In this document: positions 14,976 to 33,662 of the stretch, one piece after another | Position numbering within the stretch: the stretch's first letter is position 1 | Layout: each line of letters starts with the position of its first letter | NCBI RefSeq assembly: GCF_009914755.1 | Contig: NC_060929.1 | Strand: one strand, 5' to 3' | DNA from: the human T2T-CHM13v2.0 reference genome, Homo sapiens | DNA: 64,000 bases | The notes under the pieces: model-generated | Database searches by the model: none | Told to the model about the DNA's origin: nothing | The model's input: the letters and a program-made list of their open reading frames with translations, nothing else | Made by a program: the position numbers and the translations under genes

Positions 14976-15799
14976 GGGATGTAATGATTAAATATTTTAT
15001 ATATATATTTAAATATAAACATATTGTGTGTGTGTTCTTATTGTTTTAGTTATTTCCAAGATTGAATTTCTTAGAAGTGAGACACTGATTTTGCTTAAAA
15101 CATATCCCCAGTTCTTAAGTCCAGGGATAGGACACACTGTGTGATTGACTATTAGGATAAGGCTATGTGGAATGAGGGAGACTAGTTATTCATTAGAAAG
15201 TAAGATTGTGCATGGCAGTAATTTTTATCGTTATACATTTTTACTAAAAATGCAGTTCTCTGTCAAAAATAATTAAAAATATAAACAAGTATTCTAAAAT
15301 ACAAAGCAAAAGAATAGGAATAAAACTAAAATATTTCATAAATGTTATTTATCAAACTAGATCTAGAGAGTGGAGAAGTTCAAGCCTAAGTTCACTCTTA
15401 AGAACAGTGGATGTGATGAAAGGCAATTGTGAGGAGACTTAATTTAATTTAATTGTCATTGATTTAATGAATATATAGCTTAGAATATAAGTTGGTTAGT
15501 TTGCAGGAGATATTCAAGAAATGAGAGCTTAAAGAAACCTCCTGGGACCAAACAAAAAAAATAGAGCAATAGCTGCAAATTAGTAGAGTTTATATATTGT
15601 CACAGAGAGAGAGAGAAAAAAAAGTACTACTAATATCACTGTCATCACTAGGTGACTGAGGTTGGGCTCAAAGCTATGTCTCCCTGAGAAGCATAATTAG
15701 AGGCCTAAAATTGTATGTGTATTGAAGGAAAAGCAGATAGACTTCACTAAAATAACACAAACAGTCATTAAACAAGTAAACACACAAGTAACACCAATG

Positions 15800-17185
15800 C
15801 CCCATAGGAGGAGGCAGTGCTCAGAGTTTCTATAATATATTATCTAAATGGTCAAGTTTTCAACAGGAAAATGAAGAAAAAGTTATGTTTTTATTTTTAA
15901 TTATGAGCCATAACCAGAAAAAGAATAGACAGCCGAAATTGTCTTGTGAAACTGGTCAGATTTGGAATTTCATAGGAAAAAGAAATATTTCAAATAGCCA
16001 TTAGAAACATGTTCAAAGAACTAAAGAAATGTATAATTAAACAAGCAATTGAAGGTATGATGAGACTATCACACAGAATACAGTATATCAATAAGGAAGT
16101 AGTATTTGTAAAATTAAAAAAATAGAAATTGTGGACCTGAAAAGTACTGTAATTCAAATTAAACGTTACTAGAGGTGCACAACAGTAGATTTAAACTGGC
16201 CAAAGAAAGAAGTAGTATATTTGAAAATAGATAAAAAGAGATTACTCAAATTTTAAAAGGAGAGATAGGAGTACCTATATACTGCCATCTATGGAACACT
16301 CCATTCAACAAAAGAGAACGTATGTTTCTCAAGTACACATGGATGTTTTCAAGAACATTTGCTAGAATACACCATATACCATATGCACATACCTCAAGTG
16401 AAGATGGGAATGAGACACCATTACACACACTAATATATGCATAATGTAAGAACCAAAAGGAGAACAAAGAGAGAATGGGGGAAATAATAAAGAAATAATC
16501 ACTGAAAACACCTAGATTTATTAAAAGGAACAACAACATATGGATCCATAGTGCTTAAAAATTCAAAAATAACAAATGCAAGAAGATCCATAGAAATACA
16601 TCACAGTAAAAGTCCTGAAAGTCAAAGAGACAGAGAAAACATTGACAGCAGAAAGAAAAGCAAAAAAAAAAAAATTTCTCTTATAAGATTAAAATAAGAT
16701 TAACAGTTAACTTATGAGCAAAAACAATGCAGACCAACAGGCAGTGCAATAACACATTCAAAATACTCAATAGAAAAAAATACAGAACAAAACCAACAAC
16801 CACACTGTCAACCAAAAATCTTAGATCCAAGAAATCTATTTTTAAAAAGTCTTTTCCACAAATAACAACAAAAAAAATTTTTTTCTAGCAGACCAGTCTT
16901 GCAAGAATTACTAAAAGATCTTCAGGATGAAAGCAAGTAAAATGAGAAGATAATCTGAATCCAAACAAACTAACATAAGCACCAATAAAGGGTAATTATG
17001 AATATAGATGACATTATCAATACATATTTTTCTCATTTCTTCTATTAAATGATTAAAAAGTAAATGTGTAAAATAATATGTAATGAAATGTACAAAATAG
17101 ATAATGAATTGGAGAGCCTTTAACATATAGAAAAATGATATGTACATAATATGTTTGTTAAAAACAGTACAAAGGATTTAAGGAA
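15800..17185 (+). mobile_element. Ancient L1M ORF1 and inter-ORF region
   Basis: A-rich decayed ORF1 motifs (gttcaaagaactaaagaaa, caacagtagatttaaactggccaaagaaaga, aataacacattcaaaatact, agcagaccagtcttgcaagaattactaaa). Confidence 0.6.
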
Positions 17186-17199
17186 TAAAGCTGGATTTC

Positions 17200-17821
<622 letters not shown>

Positions 17822-17835
17822 TAAAGCTTCATTTC

Positions 17836-18213
17836 CTTTTTTTTTTTTTTCCTCTTAGTTTTAGCATCCCTGTTTTAATATCATAAAATACAAATGTCTT
17901 TGCAATGCCAACATAAGGGAGATCTTGGCCAATGTGAAATAAAATTACTCATTCAAAACTCTGCCTAGGGTGATTTTGTAGTTCTTAACAGTTCTCCAAA
18001 GCATCTTGAACAGGAATTTTAAGATAAATGTAAATCTGCAGTGGCTGAAAAGAGTTGTGAGCTTTTTTATTCATGATAAAAACCTTATAGGAATAGTAAA
18101 AAAAAAAAAAAGTCCCTGTGAAAAGCTACTAGTACATTGGCCAGTGCTAGGTGATACAGATTCTGATAAAAACATAAATGTATTAGTTCATCTCCATGTA
18201 GTAAAAAGTATAC
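17836..18213 (-). pseudogene. 5'-truncated retrocopy of a polyadenylated RNA 3' end (processed-pseudogene fragment or orphan transduction); parent not recognised
   Basis: 14-T tract 17837-17850, ATTAAA on the minus strand at 17874-17879 (23 nt from the tail), TSD taaagct(t/g)catttc at 17822-17835 and 18214-18227; body resembles no repeat I know. Confidence 0.75.
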
Positions 18214-18373
18214 TAAAGCTGCATTTCAATTAAGGAAGTGACTACCCATCATGCCATGCTATTTTGGTTACTGTACCCTTGTAGTAGAATTTAACATAAG
18301 GTAATGAAATGTCTCCAGCTTTGTGTTTTGCTTTGGATTGTTTTGGCTATTTGGACTCTTCTTGGTTTCATAT

Positions 18374-19062
18374 CGTGTCCAGAATTGGTTCCTTCCTTTG
18401 GGTTCTTGGTCTCGCTGACTTCAAGAATGAAGCCTCAGACCCTCGCGGTGAGTGCTACAGTTCTTAAAGATAGTTTGTCTGGAGTTTGTTCCTTCTGATG
18501 TTCAGATGTGTCCAGAATTTCTTCCTTCTGGTGGGTTCCTGGTCTTGCTGACTTCGAGGGTGAAGCTGCAGACCTTTGCAGTGAGTGTTACAGCTCTTAA
18601 AGGTGGCACATCAGGAGTTGTTTCTTCCTCCCCATGGGTTTGTGGTCTCTCTGGCTTCAGGAGTGAAGCTGCAGACCTTCGTGGTGAGTGTTACAGCTCA
18701 TAAAGGTAGTGCAAACCCAAAGAGTGAGCAGCGGTAAGATTTATTGCAAAGAGCAAAAGAAAAAAGCTTCCACAGTATGGAAGGGGACCCCAACAGGTTG
18801 CTCCTGCTGCTTCTGGTGGCCAGCTTTTATTCCCTTATTTGGCCCTGCCCACATCCTGCTGACTGGTCCATTTTACAGAGTGCCGATTGGTCCGTTTTTG
18901 CAGAGTGCTGATTGGTGCATTTACAAACCTTTAGCTAGACACAGAGCACTGATTGGTGTGTTTTTACAGAGTGCTGATTGGTGAGTTTACAAACATTTAG
19001 CTAGACAGAAAAGATCTCCAAGTCCCCACCTGACCCAGAAGCCCAGCCGGCTTCACCTCTCA
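18374..19062 (-). mobile_element. LTR12 (ERV9) solo LTR, short form (LTR12/LTR12F-like)
   Basis: Ends cgtgtccagaattgg and cccagccggcttcacctctca; TSD atat/ttat; four gattgg repeats at 18885-18980. Confidence 0.93.
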
Positions 19063-19910
19063 TTATGAATTTTAGAATTAGTTTTTCCTTATTGTGTGAA
19101 AAATGACATTGACAATTTTATAGAAGTTGCATTGAATCTTCTGATTACTTTGCATAGTATGGTCATTTTAATGATATTGATTCTTCCAATCCATACACAT
19201 GAGTTTTTTTTTCATTTTTTTGTTATAATCTATGATTTTTTCATCAGTGTTTTCTAGATTCTTCGTGTAGAGCTCTTTTGCCTCCTTGGTTAAATGTATA
19301 CCTAGATGTTGAGTTTTTGTAGCTATTGTAAATCGGATTGCATTCTTGATTTGGTTCTCGGTTTGAACTTTATTGGTGTGTAGAAATGCTACTGATTTTT
19401 GTACGTTGATTTTCTATCCTGAAACCTTACTGAAGACATTTTACAAATCTTGGAATGCTTTGGAGGAGTCTTTAGGGTCTTCTAGGCATAAGATCATGTC
19501 ATCAGTAAACAGAGATAACTTGACTTTCTTTTTATCCAATTTGGATGCCTTTTATTTCTTTTTCTTTCCTAATTTATCTCGCTAGGACATACAGTACTAT
19601 GTTGAGTAGGAGTGGTGAAAATCGGCATCCTTGTCTTGTACCAGGTCTTAGGGGGAATGCTTTCAACTTTTCCTCATTGAGTATAATGTTGGTTGTGGGT
19701 TTTCTATATATGACTTTCATTATTTCGAGGTATGTTCCTTTGAATCGTAGTTTCTTAAGGCTTTCAATCATTAATGGATGTTAGAATTTTAGAATGCATT
19801 TTCTGCACCTATTGAGATGATATTATAACTTTTGTTTTTTGTTCTGTTTATGTGTTGAAACACATTTGTTGATTTGTTTATGTTGAATCATCATTGCATC
19901 CCTGGAGTAA

Positions 19911-21769
<1,859 letters not shown>

Positions 21770-21878
21770 TAATACTGACTTCATAGAATAAATTAGAGAT
21801 GATTCTCTCCTCCTCATTTTTTGGAACAGTTTCAGTAGGATTGGTACCAGTTCTTTTTTCTAAGTATGGTAAAATTAA

Positions 21879-22243
<365 letters not shown>

Positions 22244-22549
22244 TAATTTTTATCTGTTTAGGATTTCTGTTTCTTCAGTATTCAATCTTGGGAGGTTGGT
22301 TTCTTTTCAGGAATTTATCCATTTCCTCTAGATTTTCTAGTTTGTGTGCATAGAGGTGCTCAAAGTAGTATCTAATGTTCTTTTTTATTTCTGTGGTATT
22401 GGTTGTAATGTCGCATTTTATCATATCTGATTTTGCTTATTTGGATCCTCTCTTTTTCTTGGTTAATCTAACCAGTGGTTTATCAATTTTGTTTATCTTT
22501 TCAAAGAACCAAACTTTCATTCCATTGATCCTTTGTATTGATTTTCTAT

Positions 22550-22917
22550 AATCATGAGATAAATGTAAATTAAAACCACAAGATATCATCTTACACTAGA
22601 CAGACTGGCCATTAATAAAAAGTAAAAAATTAACAGATGTTGGCGAGGATGCAAAGAAAAGGTAATGTTTATACTTGTTTGTGGGAATGTAAAGTAGTAC
22701 AGCCTCTATGGAAAGCAGTATGGACATTTCTCAAAGAACCAAAAATAGAACCACTATTTGCCTCAGCAATTTCACTACTGAGTATCTACCTAATGGAAAG
22801 TAAGTCAGTTTTTAAAAGGCATCTGTACCTATATATTCATCACAGCACTATTCACAATAGCCAAGTCATGGAAAAACTAAGTGGTGTCCATCAGTGGATG
22901 ACTGGATAAAGAAAGTG

Positions 22918-22951
<34 letters not shown>

Positions 22952-23314
22952 TCAGCAAAAACTAAACTTCTGTGATTTGCAGAAACATGGCTATAACTTG
23001 AGACCATTATCCTAAGTAAAATAACAGAAATTGAATGTTAAATATTGCATATTCTCACCTATAAGTGGGAATTAATTAAGGGTACACCTGGACATACAGA
23101 GTGGAATAATATACACTGGGAACTCCAAAAAAGGTGATGATAGGAAAAGGTGATGATAGGAGGGGGATGAGTGATGAAAAATTACTTATTGGTACAATGT
23201 ACACTATTTGGTTGACGGGTACATTAAAATCCCAGACTTCACCACCACGCAATGTATCCATGTAACAAAACTACACCTGTATACCTAAATCTATAAACAT
23301 AAAATAAATAAAAA
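22550..23314 (+). mobile_element. L1PB3/4-like 3' end, with (TA)n at ~22918-22950
   Basis: aaatgtaaattaaaaccaca..cactattcacaatagccaag..cccagacttcaccaccacgcaatgtatccatgtaacaaaac..A-rich end. Confidence 0.88.
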
Positions 23315-23376
23315 TCATTATTTTTCTTATTTTATTTTATACTGTATATCACATACACTATTCTACCCACCACTAG

Positions 23377-23772
<396 letters not shown>

Positions 23773-24020
23773 TATATTTTTAAGATTAATTTATTTGATC
23801 ATTCACCTCCTGCTCCTAGTTATTGGTGATATATGTTGATTCAATATACTCCACTTTACTTATTTAGCAATTAGCACTATTTGCTGTCAATTTTCTACTG
23901 TAATAAAAAATACTTGAGTGAATACGCTTGTATGTGTATATTTAATAATTGTTGTGTTTTGTGATATATACATATAACATTTCCTAGTTTACAGAATATA
24001 GGAGAATATGCTTATTTTAA

Positions 24021-24401
<381 letters not shown>

Positions 24402-25061
24402 TGAGGATAGGATGCCTTTTGATTTCCATAATATATTCCTCTGAAGAGCACAGGACTTTATGTTTGATGAAGTTTAACTGATCATTTAAAATAAGTGGTT
24501 TACTATATTATTTATTTAAAATATATCTTTGCCTACCTAGCATTTCAAACATTATATTTATTTTATTTATTGACATGATATGCTTTTAATTTTTATATTT
24601 GAATGTGTGTGAGTGGCTTTTAGGTAAAGGCAAAGGCTTATTTTCTTTCCATAAAATTATATATTTGTTTCAGTACATCCTTGTACTTGTAGTTTTAGGA
24701 ATTTAGGTAATAAATTATTGGGAATATGTACACAAAGGGGAAACTGTCACTCCAAGAATATACTTTATTTTTCTGAGTAATGCCTGATTATGCTCCAGAA
24801 TGGTCTACACCACATGTTGATATTGGCTATTTCATGTGTTTTTCCTATCTTTTAGATGTAAAGTAATATACACTGATTTTTTAATTTTTCATTTATTGGA
24901 TAACTTTCTATCATTCTTCTTGTTCATCTATATATTTCATCTGTTAATTACCTGTCCATAAAAGTGAAACAATTTTTTCATATTTGCATATTTGTAGCAT
25001 TACTTTTAATTCTTTCTACAATAATCTTTTTTATTTATAAACACCTTTTTCCATTCTTTAA

Positions 25062-25422
<361 letters not shown>

Positions 25423-25581
25423 AGAACATCAATTTTCACTGCAAGTAGATTAATTTCTTACAATATTATTTAGGCTTTTGAAGTTGTAAGAATAATAGTC
25501 AACATTTACCCTGGATAAAAATTTAATATGTTTTTCACATTGCTTCTATTAATTTTATATTTTTTCTTTTCAAATTAATTA

Positions 25582-27136
25582 GAGGTATATCTTGAATATA
25601 TTGCAAGTTTGATTCCAGGCTACCACAATAAAACAACTATCACAGTAAAGTAAGTCACACAAATTTTTTGGTTTCCCAGTACATATAAAAGTTATAGACT
25701 ATCTAATAGTCTATTAGTTGGGCAACAGAATTAGGTGTAAAAATGTACATACATTAATATAAAATACTTTATTACTGGAAAATGCGAACAATCATCTGAT
25801 CCTTCAGCCAGTTGTATTCTTTTTGCTGGAGAAAGGTTTAGCCCCGATGCTGATAACTGTTGACTAATCAGGGTAGTGCTTGCTGAAAGCTGGGGTGGCT
25901 GTGGCAATTTCTTAAAATAAGACCACAATGAAGTTTGCCACTTTAATTTATTCTTTCTTTCATGAAAGATTTCTGTGTAGCATCTGATACTGTTTGAATG
26001 GATTTTACCCATAGTACAACTTCTTTCAAAATTAGCATAAATCTTCTCAACCCCTGCCACTACTTTATTCATCACAAGATATCATATTTTTTTCCTCATT
26101 AGTTCAAGTTGTATCATGAAATGGCGGCAATTTAGTTACATCTTCAGAGTCTACTTCTAATTTTAGCTATCTTGCTGCTTCCGGCACATTTGCAGTTCAA
26201 AACTTCCTCTACTGAAGTCTTTAACCCTTCAAAGATATCTATGAGAATTAGAATCAATTTCTTCCAAACTCCCATTAAGGCTGATATTTTGACATCTCCC
26301 CATGAATCAGAAATGTTCTTAATTGCCTCCAAAGTGGTGGTTCCTTTTTAGAAGGTTTTCAATTTACTTTTACCAGAGCCATTATAGGAATCACTCCTGA
26401 TGGCAGTTACCTTACAAAATGTATTTTGTAGCCTTAAAAAATGTATTTCTTAAATGACTTGAAACACAAAATTACTCCTTGATCCATGGGCTACAGAATG
26501 AATGTTCTGTTAACAGGCATGAAAACAACATTAATCTCCTTGCCCACCTCTATCAGAATTCTTGAGGGACTAGGTGTGTTGTCAATGAACAATAATATTT
26601 TGAACAATTTTTTTTTCATGAGAAGCAGGTCTCAACAGTGCACTTCAAATATTTAGTAAACCACGCTACGAACAGATGCGCCTGTCATCTACACTTTGTA
26701 GATGATAGATGTCCATTGATAGAACACAGAGTAGATTTAGCATCATTCCTAAGGGCTCTAAAACTTTTGGAATTCAAAATCAGCACTGTTTTCAACTAAA
26801 AGTCATCAGCTACATTATTCCCTAACAAGAGAGTCAGCCTGTCCTTTTCAGCTTTGAAGCCAGGCATTGGCTTCTCCTTTGTTGGTATAAAAATTCTAGA
26901 TAGCATCTTCTTCCAATACAAGTCTGCTTCATCTAGATTGAAAATTTATTGTTATGTATAGCCACAGTAATCAATTATCTTCAGCTAGATCTTCTGGATA
27001 ACTTACTGCAGCTTCTACATCAGCACTTGCTTCTTCAGCTTATACTTTTATGTTGTTATGGAGCTGGCTTCTTTCCTTAAACCTTATGAACCAACCTCTG
27101 CTAGCTTCAAAGTGTTCTGCAGCTTCCTTCACTCTT
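25582..27136 (-). mobile_element. Tigger1 DNA transposon, 3' ~1.55 kb with decayed transposase
   Basis: Terminal region ..taccacaataaa..gtcacacaaattttttggtttcccagt; ORF 25731-26075(-) FERSCTMGK..YFKKLPQPPQ..TTLISQQ resembles the Tigger1/TIGD1 C-terminus. Confidence 0.92.
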
Positions 27137-27244
27137 GCGAAGAGTGAAGCTGCCTTCAATCACTTGTTTCTAAAAATAGATTATATCAAGCATAGTGGAA
27201 TTTTTCTGTAATAAAATACTGTAACTTCTATTTTACTAGCAAAC

Positions 27245-27613
27245 TCTTTCTTTCTGGCTATGGCGAAGCAAGTTGTCATGTCAAAGAGGCCCGTATTGTC
27301 AATACCTGGGATGGCCTTCACCCAATAGCCAGAAAGAAACTGAGGTTCTCAATCCAAAATTTCATGGAAATTGAGTCCCATCAACAAACACTGAATTAAT
27401 TTAGAAGCAGATTCTGACCCAGTTGCGTCTTTTATCAGCTTTGTGAGAGTTTGTAGAATAGCCTTTTGTAAGATCCTGAAGCATGTGACCCTGATAAGCC
27501 ATACTTCTATTTCTGATCCATAAAAATTGTATATAATCAATGCATATGTTTTACCTCTTCTCAAGATTCTAAGTTTTGGGGTAATTCCTTATGTAGCAAT
27601 AGATGACTAATAA
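27245..27613 (+). mobile_element. MLT1E/F-like MaLR LTR 3' part
   Basis: aatagccagaaagaaactgagg..ttagaagcagattc..agcaatagatgactaata. Confidence 0.65.
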
Positions 27614-29208
27614 AATGGTTTTTAGTACTTATTAAAATAAGCTAGTCAAGCCCCTCAATTTTTATTGTAGAAGTCTTATGTACATGTGTTGAAGATTAAT
27701 TCCTAGACACATTAGATTTTGAATGCTATTTTATTTTCATTGTATTTTGAGTTTACAGTAAACCTACATCAAATATTATTGATTTTGTAAATCTAGTATA
27801 AAGTGAAAATGCTAAGACTTGATTTTCAAGATGACCCTTTTGTGGGCAAAAAAAGAGAATAATTTCACCTTCTCTTTTCAAAGCCTTCCAATTTAGCTTT
27901 GTTTTGTGCTTCCTATTGATATAGCCTTGGCTGGAGGTTTCATTATCATATTTAGCAGCAGCATTAAAAATATGCAATCTTGTCTTGTTATAAGTCATAA
28001 AATGAATATAACTTATTCAGTAAGCAAAATAATAGGTGTAAAGGTTTTGTTTGTTTTGTTTTGTACGTGGGGCGTGTTTTGGCATATATGCTATGGAAAG
28101 AAATTATGGTAAAAAACTTTTAAGTGGACTACTTTTAACATTAAAAAAAATTTTAAACCATCAATTAATAGGATTTTTCTCTCTTAGTTAATAATGAGCG
28201 GGTATGCATTTCATCTATAGCATGCCGCCAGGTAGAACATCTATTACTCCTACCTTTACAACAAGAAGAAATCTGGACAAAGAAAATTAATGGCTTTTCT
28301 TTAGTCCAACAGAAAACTATGAACCCAGGGAGGAAAATAACATAACATTTAGACAGAGACAGACAATTGGGAGAAACAACAGGACCCGGGCATTTGATTA
28401 CCTGTGAAAAATGCCGTGAAACATTATATGAGTCAGTAAGATGATTAAAGCAGAGCTTGGCTTTTAAAAAGTGTAAGTATCGAATAGAATGAAAATGTAA
28501 AGGAGGGGGCATAGATGTGAGACGGCCACCACCCACTTTCAGGAAAAATCAATATTTGTTTACAGAACAAGTCACCAAGAATAATGAAAAACTTTCCCTG
28601 GGGAAAAGGTTCTGGCTAGGGGGAAAAATAAAGATGCCACTGCCAGTCTCTCCTACTGGGGGAGGGAAGGGAGTAGGGAAAGCCTTATTCTGCAGGAAAA
28701 GAACAACAACAACAAAAAAATAGCTTAGACCACTGTTAAAATCCACTTAATCTGGAGGATAAAAACAGGAAAACCAAAGCTCTACCACACAGAGTTAGGC
28801 AGAAATATATGCGAGGCACAGCCCTCTATCTAGAGCAAGAATAAAAAAAAAAACCTGTGAATGACACACCATGACCAAGATTCAACGTGTCTGCCTGAGA
28901 CTAAGTCTTAAAAAGAACATCAGAAAACACTCTCTCATCTTTCTCCCCACCAGCAACCAAGTACTAAATAAAAACATCAGAAGAATACAGTTGGAGGATG
29001 CAAAAGATAAATTGTCTCTTAAGAGCAGCACAAATAAGAATATCCATAGCCAAACCAGGACATGTTAATAAGAACCTCTTTACCAAGGGTAATAATAGCA
29101 ACAGTAAACTTTAAAATTATCCCAGACTTAATTAACACAAACTTATGCACTAAAGAAATAGAATAAAGAAAGTATGCTCAATTACTAGCATAAGAAATAT
29201 TTGCAGCT

Positions 29209-29561
<353 letters not shown>

Positions 29562-30585
29562 CTACAAAAAGGCGAGAAAACCACACTCTAAAGAGACAAA
29601 GCAATAATCAAAATCAGACTCAGATGAGACAGCGATGTTGGGACTACAAAACCGTGAATAAAAAAACAAACAAACAAAAAAACTGTGATTAATATTAAAG
29701 GCTCTTATTCAAAATGTAAACAATATGCAAGATCCAGTGGATAAATTCAGCAGAAAGGTGGAAAGTTAACACAAGTCAAAAGGGAGTATGAGAAATTAAA
29801 AATGTTAACATACAACAACAAAGAATATCTATGGAAGGTTCATAAGTACACCAAACACAGTGAATGAAATAATTTGTGAATGTAAGTATATGTCAATAGC
29901 AGTTGCAGAAACTCAAACGCTATGAAGGAAATGGTGAGTAAAAGAGAACACCATATCAAAGAATTGTGGTAAAATATTGCCTGATCTAACATGTATGTAA
30001 CTGGAATCTCAGAAACAGAAGAAACAGAAAACAGGGCAGAATAAATGACTGAAAAAATATGACCAAACTTTTTTTTCAAAATTAATGATAGATGCCACAC
30101 CACAGATAAAAGAACCACATTGAAATAGCAGAATTAATACACTTCAGAATTTTTTTAAAAAACAACCTTACGGTATCAGATTCAAACCGCCAAACTCCAA
30201 AGACAAAATGAAGATATTGCAGGCAAGGCAACTGGAGAAAAAGATAGATGATCTACACAAGAACAATAAGAAATATAGCATATTTCTAATCACAAATATT
30301 GGAAACAAGAATACAATCAAATAAATATGTAAAGTTCCAAGGGTGGGAGGAAGAAACAAATTAGGATTTTATGCCTAGGAAAATACTCTTCATCAGAGAA
30401 ATATAAATAAGGATTTCTTCATATAAAATGGGGAAATTCATTTTGAGTAGACCTACAAAAAGTGTTAAGAGAGGTTCATTAGGCTGAAGTAATATTGGAT
30501 CTAAACAAATAAATAGAAATCACTGGAAATGGAATAAAAATAATTTAAAAATATTTTAAATTACTCTTAAAAGATAATTATTTGA

Positions 30586-30958
<373 letters not shown>

Positions 30959-31285
30959 AACCTTATCTTATCTTAAAAAATGTATTACCATAATGTTATT
31001 GCAGAAGAAATTAGAGAGAGGAATTGGGAATATTCTGTTAGTTTTTCTACATATAAGGCAGAGTGACACTATTAAAGATAGCGTCAGGTGATTTAAAAAT
31101 GTGTATTGTAAAGCTTATAATCCTTAAGGAGTTTTAAAAGAGATATGACTAATATCAATAAGGGTATAAAACTATTATTAAAAAGCTTAATCAGAAAAAT
31201 CAATAAGCAAACAGTGGACTTGAACAATGGTACTGATCAAATGGACCTAACAAATATGTATATATAAATATAAATATATATATAT

Positions 31286-31613
31286 TTTTTTTTTATTTTA
31301 AAAATTTATTTAGAGACAGAATCTTGCTGTTTCACCCAGGCTGACGTGCAGTGGTGCAATCATAGCTCATTGCAGCCTGGAATGTCTACACTCAAGCAAT
31401 CCCCCCTCTCCAGCCTCTGAAGTAGCTAGAACTACAGGTATGTGCCACCATGCCCAGCTATTTTTCCTGTTTTTTTTTTTTTTTTTTTTTTTTGTAGAAA
31501 CAAGATCTGGTTATGTTGCTCAGGCTGGTCTCAAACTGCTGGCCTCCAGCAATCCTCCCACCTTTACCTTCCAAAGTGCTGAGATTACAGGTGTGAGCCA
31601 CTGTGCTCAACCC
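31286..31613 (-). mobile_element. AluJ
   Basis: catagctcattgcagcct, ttatgttgctcaggctggtctcaaact; expanded central T tract. Confidence 0.88.
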
Positions 31614-32347
31614 TAATAAACATTCCATCCAACAGAGTATTCCATCCAACAGCAGCAAAGTACATGTTATTCTCAAATGCACACAGAAGATTCTTCAAGA
31701 TAGAGCACATGATAAGCCATGAAACAAGTCTTAACAAATTTAAGAAGACTGAAATCATATTGTGTATTTTTTAACTGTAATGATATGAAACTAGAAATCT
31801 ATTATGGGAGGAAAATTGGAAATCTTAAAAATATGAGAAAATTAACTCACTTCATGCCTCTGAGAATAATTACTTATGGAATGCTACAAAAGCAGCTCTA
31901 AGGGGAATTTATATGAATAAATACCTACGTTAATTAAAAAAACAGGTAATTAAATTTGTACCTCAAGGAAGTAGAAAAAAAGAAGAAACTGAGCCCATAG
32001 TAGAAGCAAGTAAATAAAGATCAGAGCAGAAATGAATGAAGAAAAAAAGCTAGAAAAACAAACAACAGAAGATATTAATAAAAGTGTGATTTGGTTTCTT
32101 AGAACATAAAATTGACAAATCTTTAGCTAGACTGACTAAAAAAAGAGACAATACTCAAATAAACATAATTATAAATGAACGGGGAGACATTAAAAATGAT
32201 TTCACAGAAAGACAAAGGATTATGGGCAATACTATGAACAATTATATGCCAACAATTTGGATAACCTAGGAAAAATAGAAAAAATTTTAAACACATACAA
32301 TCTACCAAGACTAAATCATGAAGAAATACAAATCTGAACAGACCAAT

Positions 32348-32702
32348 TGTATTAGTCTGTTTTCATGCTGCTGATAAAGACATACCCGAAAGTAGGAACA
32401 AAAAGAGGTTTAATTGGACTTTCACTTCCACATAGCTGGAGAGGGCTCAGAATCATGGTGGGGGGCAAAAGGCACTTCTTAAATGGTGCCAGCAAGAGAA
32501 AAATGAGGAAGAAGCAAAAGTGGAAACCCCTGATAAACCCATTAGATCTCATGAAACTTATTCACTATCATGAGAATAGCGTAGGAAAGACTGGCCCTCG
32601 TGATTCAACTACCTCCCCCTGGGTCCCTCCCACTACACGAGGGAATTCTGGGAGATAAAATTCAAGTTGAGATTTGGATGGGGACACAGCCAAACCATAT
32701 CA
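32348..32702 (-). mobile_element. THE1A-like solo LTR
   Basis: tgtattagtctgttttcatgctgctgataaagacataccc..caaaccatatca; exact TSD ccaat. Confidence 0.92.
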
Positions 32703-33305
32703 CCAATAATGAGAAAGAAAATTAAATCACTAATTAAAAAGACCAGTACCTGATGGCTTCATTGGTTAATTACCACAACCCAACCATTTAAGAAAGAGTT
32801 AATGCCAATCCTTCTGAAATTCTTCCAAAACAGTGAAGAAGAAGAAACACATTCAAACTTAGTTTACAAGATGAGAGTTACCGTGATATCAAAGCTAGGC
32901 AAAGACACTACAAGAAAAAAATAGGTTACAGGCCAATATGAACATAGGTACAAAAATCCTTAACAAAATAGTAACAAATTATATTCAACTTCACATTAAA
33001 AGAATAATACACATAATCAAGGGGGATTTATCCCTGAGGTACAAGGATGATTTGCCATAAATAAATTAATATGATATATCATAATAACAGAATACAGAAT
33101 AAAAATCATATAATCATTTCAATAGATGATAAAACAGTATTAGACAAAATTCACCATTCTCTCATCATTAAAAACTCAACAATTTAGGTATAAAAGAAAT
33201 GTACACCAACATAACAAACATTATATATCACAAGCCCATATGTAACATTGCACTCAATAGTGAAAAAGCTGAAAGCTTTTCCTCTAAGATCAGAAAAAAT
33301 GGCAA

Positions 33306-33662
<357 letters not shown>

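Noticed and set aside
25731-26332. TIGD1-like transposase gene
   Set aside because: Fragmented Tigger1 copy missing its 5' part; multiple stops.
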